DNA from: an uncultured Clostridia bacterium
Lineage (GTDB): Bacteria > Bacillota > Clostridia > Oscillospirales > QAKW01
Direction: 5' to 3'
Assembly (NCBI GenBank): GCA_944385895.1
Contig: CALWYZ010000003.1
Span: forward strand, 82,164-146,163
Length of the DNA: 64,000 bases
The position numbers were made by a program, and so were the translations under genes. Below are positions 58,421 through 64,000 of the stretch, one piece after another. A model generated the notes under the pieces. The model was not told the DNA's origin and made no database searches. It saw only the letters and a program-made list of their open reading frames with translations. The stretch's first letter is position 1, and every line of letters starts with the position of its first letter.

Positions 58421-58987
58421 ATGTCTGGTTTAGTTAAATCAAAAGATGCTCTGTTGCGTTTATGCACCAATGCGGTGCTCATTGCTCTTGTTGTGGTATT
58501 TGACATGCTGTCAATACGGCTTGGAAATGATTATAAAATTACTTTCGGCGGTATACCTATAATACTTTGCGCTATTATATACGGACCTGTCGATGCTGCA
58601 ATTGTAGGATTTTTGGGAAGTTTTATAGGTCAGCTGTTTACATTCGGAATTGATATCACAACTCCGCTGTGGATCATGCCCGCGGCAGTCAGAGGTCTTG
58701 TAATGGGTCTTCTGTTTATTGCATTCAAAAAAAGTACAAATGTATTTGTACTGACTTTTGAAATCATTGTCAGTTCTATAATGGTTTCTTTATCAAATAC
58801 ACTTGCACTTTATCTTGTTTTTTTAATTACAACCGCACAAAGCGACCCAAATGCCACATACAGTTTTGTATTAATTACATTTGTTATGAGAATAGTTATG
58901 GGTATAGTATCTGCAATTATTTATTCGGTAATTATACAAGGATTGCTTATAGCAATTAAAAAAATCACCAAGAAACGAACAGCCTAA
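58421..58987 (+). CDS. folT: folate family ECF transporter S component
   Basis: 188 aa with about 6 TM helices and a KITFGGIPIIL pattern, directly controlled by the THF riboswitch. Confidence 0.8.
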   Translation: MSGLVKSKDALLRLCTNAVLIALVVVFDMLSIRLGNDYKITFGGIPIILCAIIYGPVDAAIVGFLGSFIGQLFTFGIDITTPLWIMPAAVRGLVMGLLFIAFKKSTNVFVLTFEIIVSSIMVSLSNTLALYLVFLITTAQSDPNATYSFVLITFVMRIVMGIVSAIIYSVIIQGLLIAIKKITKKRTA

Positions 58988-58991
58988 TTTA

Positions 58992-59705
58992 TCAGTACAA
59001 AGGAATAATTGAGCCGTTGTCGCAAAGATTTATGTTTTTGGGAAATATCGGCTCAATTTTTTCTCTGCTCAAAATTTCAAGTAGTTGCTTGGTGCAATCA
59101 AGACGTGTTATATCTCCGCAAAAAAACAGCTTTTTATCATTTATGAGTCCGCAAGTTCCGCCCCAGAACCCGTGGTCATAGCCTTTAAGTTCTATCTGTG
59201 TGTCAGCAAGCATATAAACATTTATGCTGTTTTCAGTAGCAGCTTTGTAAATGGATTTATCAGATGTTATTATAGTATTTTCATTTAATATGCAGATGTT
59301 GCATTTTGTGTAACCCTGTCTTACCTCGATAAGTTTTAAAAACTCAGGCAGCGGCAAGTGATTTTTCTGAAATTTGGTTAAAAAGCAAATTTTGTTCATT
59401 ACTGTTATGTTGAGCAGACAGTCATTTGGATACGGAGAAAAGATTCCATATACCGGCACAATTTCAAATTCGGGAAGCAACCTTGAATAGTAGTCAGCCA
59501 CTTGAGCGCATACAAGCGCCTTGAATTTATCAACTATTACAAACTGCATATCAGGATGTGTAGCAGTGCTGTCCTTTATTGACCTTAACGGTATTGTTTC
59601 AATGATCTCAATACTCAGCTCTCTTAAAATGTTTTTGGCGTCTTTGGCTAAAAGACAGTCCACCAATACTTTTTTCACTTGTGTATGTGGGAGATTTACT
59701 TTCAT
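58992..59705 (-). CDS. hypothetical protein (237 aa)
   Basis: Soluble ORF whose ATG overlaps the radA stop (ATGA). I recognise no motif with confidence. Confidence 0.6.
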   Translation of the reverse strand: MKVNLPHTQVKKVLVDCLLAKDAKNILRELSIEIIETIPLRSIKDSTATHPDMQFVIVDKFKALVCAQVADYYSRLLPEFEIVPVYGIFSPYPNDCLLNITVMNKICFLTKFQKNHLPLPEFLKLIEVRQGYTKCNICILNENTIITSDKSIYKAATENSINVYMLADTQIELKGYDHGFWGGTCGLINDKKLFFCGDITRLDCTKQLLEILSREKIEPIFPKNINLCDNGSIIPLY

Positions 59706-61087
59706 TTAGGCTGTTTATTCCTTAAAATATGTATTGCCTGGCTTAATGATGATACGCGTATCACTTCTATACCTTCAATATTTTTTAAAAGTCTGTTTCT
59801 GGCCGGAACCATTATCGAATTAAAGCCAAGCCGTTTAGCCTCGTAAATACGCTGCTGGGCATATGACACGGCGCGGACTTCACCAGATAGACCTATCTCC
59901 CCTACTGCAATAAAATCAGACGGCATTTCAAAATCAAGCAAAGCGGAAGCAGCGGCAAGGGATATGGCAAGATCAGCGCTGTTGTCGATAAGCCTGAATC
60001 CCCCTACTACATTTATATACACATCCATTGAAAAGAAAGAGTAATTTGCGCGTTTTTCAAGAACGGCAAGTAAAAGTGACATGCGGTTATAATCAATTCC
60101 GGACGACATGCGGCGCGGAGCCGGATAGTTGGTTTTAGTGACAAGCGCCTGTATTTCTGCAAGTATGGCACGGGTGCCCTCCATCACGCATGTGACGCAT
60201 GTTCCAGGAACATTCTCCGGACGACCGTCAAGAAACATCTTGGAAGGATTATCAATTTCAAGCAGGCCGGTTGACTGCATATCAAAAACCGCTATTTCGT
60301 TGGTGGACCCAAAACGGTTTTTAATACTCCTTAATATTCGGAAGCTAAGGCTTTTATCTCCCTCAAAATATAGAACTGTATCTACCATGTGTTCCAGTAC
60401 TTTAGGCCCTGCAAGAGATCCCTCTTTTGTGACATGACCTATCACAAAGACTGTAATCCCGTTTTCTTTTGCTAGGCGCATAAGAAGAGCTGTTGCTTCT
60501 TTGATCTGAGATACACTCCCCGTGCCGGAACTAACATTACTGCAATACATTGTTTGTATTGAATCTATTATAAGAATATCAGGGGGCGATGATTGACAAA
60601 AGCTTAAAATACTGTCTATATTTGTCTCGGATATAAGCATAAGTTTTTCACTTGAAACCCCAAGCCTGTCCGCTCTCAGCTTTATCTGACTTTTAGATTC
60701 TTCACCTGATACATAGTAGCACGTATGATGCTTACAAAAGCCGTTGCATATTTGTAAAAGAAGCGTTGACTTACCGATTCCCGGGTCACCGCCTACAAGT
60801 ATAAGCGAACCTAAAACCGCTCCGCCGCCAAGAACTCTGTCAAGCTCAGGCATACCGGTAGTAAACCTTATTTCTGAAGATATGTCAACCGAGGTTATAG
60901 GTACCGGATTAATGTTTAAAACAGCATTTGCTGATGCAGGATGATTGGAGGGTGTGCTTATAACCGTTTGCTCTTCATATGTATTCCACATGCCGCAGGC
61001 GTAACATTTCCCCATCCATTTCGGGCTTTCATTTCCGCAGTTGGAGCATACAAAAACAGATTTTTGTTTATTCGACATTAGTTTCAC
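59702..61087 (-). CDS. radA: DNA repair protein RadA/Sms
   Basis: 461 aa. N-terminal zinc finger CSNCGNESPKWMGKCYAC, Walker A GDPGIGKST, KNRFG motif, Lon-like C-terminal domain. Confidence 0.95.
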   Translation of the reverse strand: MKLMSNKQKSVFVCSNCGNESPKWMGKCYACGMWNTYEEQTVISTPSNHPASANAVLNINPVPITSVDISSEIRFTTGMPELDRVLGGGAVLGSLILVGGDPGIGKSTLLLQICNGFCKHHTCYYVSGEESKSQIKLRADRLGVSSEKLMLISETNIDSILSFCQSSPPDILIIDSIQTMYCSNVSSGTGSVSQIKEATALLMRLAKENGITVFVIGHVTKEGSLAGPKVLEHMVDTVLYFEGDKSLSFRILRSIKNRFGSTNEIAVFDMQSTGLLEIDNPSKMFLDGRPENVPGTCVTCVMEGTRAILAEIQALVTKTNYPAPRRMSSGIDYNRMSLLLAVLEKRANYSFFSMDVYINVVGGFRLIDNSADLAISLAAASALLDFEMPSDFIAVGEIGLSGEVRAVSYAQQRIYEAKRLGFNSIMVPARNRLLKNIEGIEVIRVSSLSQAIHILRNKQPK

Positions 61088-61811
61088 TTCCTGATAATTT
61101 ATAAGTAATGACTTCTGCTATTGATTTGGATATATCCTCCTGAAAATCTGCATCTTTAAGCTTTGACAGATCGTCATTGTTTGTAAGAAATCCACATTCC
61201 ACAAGGACACTGTCATTGTTTATATGGTTGAACAAATAGACATTTGAAGGAATAGGTTTTGATACTTTTGTGTTATCCGGCTGATATTTCAAATTTATAA
61301 TATTTTGTATTTCCACGGCAATATCCTTGGAAATACTGCTTCCGGATTTATAAAACACCTGTGCACCGTGAACATCAGGCGTTTCAAAAGTGTTCATATG
61401 TATGCTGACAACAAACGCATCATCATTTTTTGCGGCTGTTTCAACGCGGTTTTTTATATCTGATACTTTCTTTGCGTGAATAGTATTACCTTCGGTATAT
61501 ATACTGTTTTCGTCATTTCTAAGCATAATGCATTCAAAGCCAGCCGCATGCAGCTTTTCATATAAGTGTTTTGCTATCGCAAGATTCAGATCTGATTCAA
61601 TGGTGCCATCACTTGCTACAGCTCCTCCGTCAGGCAGACCATGCCCTGCGTCAATTATTATTTTTTGCCTTTTCTCCTTAAACACCGCTTTGCCGCCAAA
61701 GCTGCCGATAAATATAAAAGCAGCTGCTACTATAACAGCAGATAGAATCATAGTCAGTTTCAACGCCGAAATTGTTCTGTTCAAATTTATCACCCTATAA
61801 ACAATATTCAC
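61068..61811 (-). CDS. cwlD: N-acetylmuramoyl-L-alanine amidase, CwlD-like (germination-specific)
   Basis: N-terminal TM helix, IIIDAGHGLPDGGAV, and an Amidase_3 pattern. The start is ambiguous: GTG 61811, or TTG 61784 after SD AGGGTGA. Overlaps the radA start by 20 nt. Confidence 0.8.
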   Translation of the reverse strand: MNIVYRVINLNRTISALKLTMILSAVIVAAAFIFIGSFGGKAVFKEKRQKIIIDAGHGLPDGGAVASDGTIESDLNLAIAKHLYEKLHAAGFECIMLRNDENSIYTEGNTIHAKKVSDIKNRVETAAKNDDAFVVSIHMNTFETPDVHGAQVFYKSGSSISKDIAVEIQNIINLKYQPDNTKVSKPIPSNVYLFNHINNDSVLVECGFLTNNDDLSKLKDADFQEDISKSIAEVITYKLSGSETNVE

Positions 61812-61840
61812 GGCGACACTGAATTATTTCAGAGGTTTAC

Positions 61841-62362
61841 TTATAAAATTTCATATATTTTGTCGCGCAGAATAAAGTTTTTATATCCTGCAATATATCC
61901 AAGCATCGGAAATATTACAACACCGATTATAGATGACAGCAGTACAGCTGTAACATGATTTGGAAATATATTGCACATCGGCCAATTATAATACATGCAA
62001 ATTATACGTGAGTAGAGTTTTGCAGTTTCAGACAATATTACATTAGATGAACGAGTAACAATATATATGCATATAAGAACTATAAGCGGTATAGCTGAAA
62101 TGAGTCCGGAAAGCGCACCTTTATAAATATAGCTTTTGCTTTCCGGTTTGTTACGTCTGTCCGGATTATGAAATCCATAATTAAATGCCGCACGGAACTC
62201 TATATATATAAAAAACGGATATGTTATTAATAGGAAAATCAAATGAGAATAAATGCTGTCTCTGGCAATAAGCCAAACAAATATAACACACATGAACCCT
62301 CCTATCGAAGCCAGAAACTGATTTGCAAGCAGCGATAGGCTCAGTTTAAGAATTTTTTTCAT
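61841..62362 (-). CDS. hypothetical membrane protein (about 4 TM helices)
   Basis: From MKKILKLSLSLLANQF (SD AAGGAGA 5 nt upstream). Overlaps the hslO stop by 17 nt. Confidence 0.6.
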   Translation of the reverse strand: MKKILKLSLSLLANQFLASIGGFMCVIFVWLIARDSIYSHLIFLLITYPFFIYIEFRAAFNYGFHNPDRRNKPESKSYIYKGALSGLISAIPLIVLICIYIVTRSSNVILSETAKLYSRIICMYYNWPMCNIFPNHVTAVLLSSIIGVVIFPMLGYIAGYKNFILRDKIYEIL

Positions 62363-63242
62363 CTTTGTCTCCTTTTGCAGATGTAAGTAAGCTTTCAAGC
62401 TGTGATTTGTCAAATGTATATTTTCTTTTGCAGAATTGGCAATTCAGCTCTGCCTTTCCGTCCTCCTTTATAATCGATTCCAATTCCTCTTTTCCAAGAG
62501 AAATAAGCGCACGTTCCATTCGATCAATGCTGCAGTTGCATTTGTATTGCGGAGATATACTCTGTAGTATGTCATAGTCAAAACCTAGAAGCAGCTTTTT
62601 GGCCATACTGTATACATCCATTTCAGCGGCAAGCATTTCGGTAACGCTTTCAAGAGTGTATACATTAGCTTCGAGTTTAGATATTATATTGTCGTCAGCG
62701 CCGGGAAGCAATTGTATCATATACCCTCCTGCAGCCTTAACTGTATAATCAACATCTACAAGCACACCGAGGGCAACCACTGAAGGTGTTTGTTGAGATA
62801 TCATATAATAGTATGCAATATCTTCAGCGATCTCTCCTGTTTGTATACGGACTCTGCCGACATAAGGATCTTTCATGCCCATATTATGTACAACAGTAAT
62901 AAAACCCTGACCCACTGCTTTCGATACATCAAGCTTACCGTTTTTGAGCGGTAAGTCGACTATTGGATTTTCGACATAACCTCGCACGTTTCCGTTATTA
63001 TCGCTAACAGAAACAATAGAACCTAAAGGTCCGTCACCGCAAATCTGAATCGAGACAGTTTCGTTGGAAGACTTAAGATCCAGTCCCATTATTGAATTTG
63101 CTGTCAGGGTTCTGCCCAAAGCCGCTGCTGCCACAGGTGACAGACCATGAATACTTACAGCATGATCTATCATCTGAGTAGTATCGGCTATAAAGGCTCT
63201 GAAAGCACCGTTTTTTTCAGTAATCCTTATTATGTTATCCAT
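62346..63242 (-). CDS. hslO: Hsp33 family redox-regulated chaperone
   Basis: 298 aa with the C-terminal zinc centre CNCS ... CQFC. Confidence 0.9.
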   Translation of the reverse strand: MDNIIRITEKNGAFRAFIADTTQMIDHAVSIHGLSPVAAAALGRTLTANSIMGLDLKSSNETVSIQICGDGPLGSIVSVSDNNGNVRGYVENPIVDLPLKNGKLDVSKAVGQGFITVVHNMGMKDPYVGRVRIQTGEIAEDIAYYYMISQQTPSVVALGVLVDVDYTVKAAGGYMIQLLPGADDNIISKLEANVYTLESVTEMLAAEMDVYSMAKKLLLGFDYDILQSISPQYKCNCSIDRMERALISLGKEELESIIKEDGKAELNCQFCKRKYTFDKSQLESLLTSAKGDKDEKNS

Positions 63243-63333
63243 TTCTTTCTCCGTAAATTTATTAATATGATTATACTTTAATTCAGCCGTAAAATCAACT
63301 GCATAAAGTTAAATATTATCATGTTATGATTAT

Positions 63334-63371
63334 AAAAGACACCGCGGACAAAAATGTACGCGGCGTCTTTT
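63334..63371 (-). terminator. intrinsic terminator after the GH2 gene
   Basis: On the minus strand: AAAAGACGCCGCG / CGCGGUGUCUUUU (one G-U pair) followed by AUAAUC. Confidence 0.65.
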
Positions 63372-63487
63372 ATGGGAAGTTTGAACTTAATGACACGAAT
63401 AAAATGTGCCTGAAAACTGAGAAATTTCTTATAATAAACCGTCATATCCGTAAATATTTGTCAAGACAGAGAACCGTCCCCTATCCT

Positions 63488-64000
63488 CTATGTATGTGCT
63501 GTTACAGTAACACAACCTTCTTTCAAGTTTTTTACATGAACGGTAAGAGTGATATCGCCTGGATTTTTTGCCCGCACAACTGCAACAGCCCTTCCGTCAA
63601 AAGCGTGGCATTTTTCAGAAGTGTAAGCGTCTTCGTTAGCAGGGTCTCCGCTGAATATACCCATTAGTTCCCCGCCGCTGCACACACATATCATTTCATC
63701 CTGTGCATAGGGAATTCTGTCTCCGTTTTCATCGCAAACATATAAATCAAAGTAACATAAATCACGGTTATCTGCTGCAAAATCGATTTTTTCCGGAACT
63801 ATTTTTACCTGAGTGGGCGTTCCCACCGTATGCAATGAATACCTCTTAATTTCTTTTCCGTTTTTATATGATATCGCAGTAAGCACGCCCTTTTCGTACG
63901 GGATATCCAGATAAGCTATACCCTCGACAGGCTTGGATTTTCCCACTTTCCGACCGTTTAATATAAAGCACACTTCATCGGCATCTGTATACACTTCAGT
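63488..64000 (-). CDS. glycoside hydrolase family 2 (beta-galactosidase-like) protein, C-terminal part (5' end beyond the right edge)
   Basis: The reading frame is open to the window edge. The C-terminal beta-sandwich region (…FILNGRKVG…VRAKNPGDITLTV…) is typical of the GH2 C-terminal DUF4982/Ig-like part. Confidence 0.6.
   Translation of the reverse strand, partial: TEVYTDADEVCFILNGRKVGKSKPVEGIAYLDIPYEKGVLTAISYKNGKEIKRYSLHTVGTPTQVKIVPEKIDFAADNRDLCYFDLYVCDENGDRIPYAQDEMICVCSGGELMGIFSGDPANEDAYTSEKCHAFDGRAVAVVRAKNPGDITLTVHVKNLKEGCVTVTAHT

Noticed and set aside
63326-63667. 113-aa plus-strand ORF near the right edge
   Set aside because: It spans a terminator hairpin and overlaps the 3' end of the GH2 gene in antisense. 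It has no SD and an implausible composition.
1-64000. CRISPR arrays, tandem or interspersed long repeats, IS elements, rRNA genes
   Set aside because: Reading through the window turned up no regularly spaced repeats, transposase-like ORFs or rRNA-like sequence. A computational repeat search (self dot-plot) would be needed to exclude short dispersed repeats.

Overview
AT-rich, gene-dense chromosomal segment typical of an endospore-forming Firmicute (class Clostridia by gene content; no species call). I support about 70 protein genes, 1 tRNA, 3 T-box leaders, 1 THF riboswitch and a set of intrinsic terminators and consensus promoters. Most of the content is core housekeeping. This includes thrS, alaS, ileS, secDF, yajC, queA-tgt, split transketolase, ychF, rarA, nth, radA, hslO, asd-dapA-dapB, and an ACT-hom-aspartate kinase operon. 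Interleaved with these is a dense set of sporulation genes: the complete spoIIIAA-AH operon, spoIIE, an uninterrupted pro-sigK, a spoIIM-like gene next to xerD, cwlD, a ytvI-like gene and a SpoVD-like class B PBP. The left edge cuts an ABC exporter gene and the right edge cuts a GH2 glycosidase gene; both are missing from the ORF track because they run off the window. I saw no CRISPR array, transposase, prophage block, rRNA or recognisable defence island, and I cannot point to a multi-gene novel system. The items most worth a second look are small. (1) A 28-codon Cys-rich membrane micro-ORF, below the ORF-track cutoff, sits with an 89-aa tail-anchored protein just downstream of spoIIE. (2) A 265-aa orphan protein has 16 Cys, and both it and the micro-ORF have sigma-K-like -10 elements. 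(3) An acidic upstream ORF reuses the SD module of a CNNM/CorC-type transporter gene. (4) Terminator hairpins carry the SD of the next gene in their 3' arm (spoIIE, folT, and the gene after yajC). (5) A 340-bp intergenic region before the spoIIM-like gene carries a repeated GTTTACATAAT motif. All functional calls come from reading motifs in the translations by eye; no database search was run.
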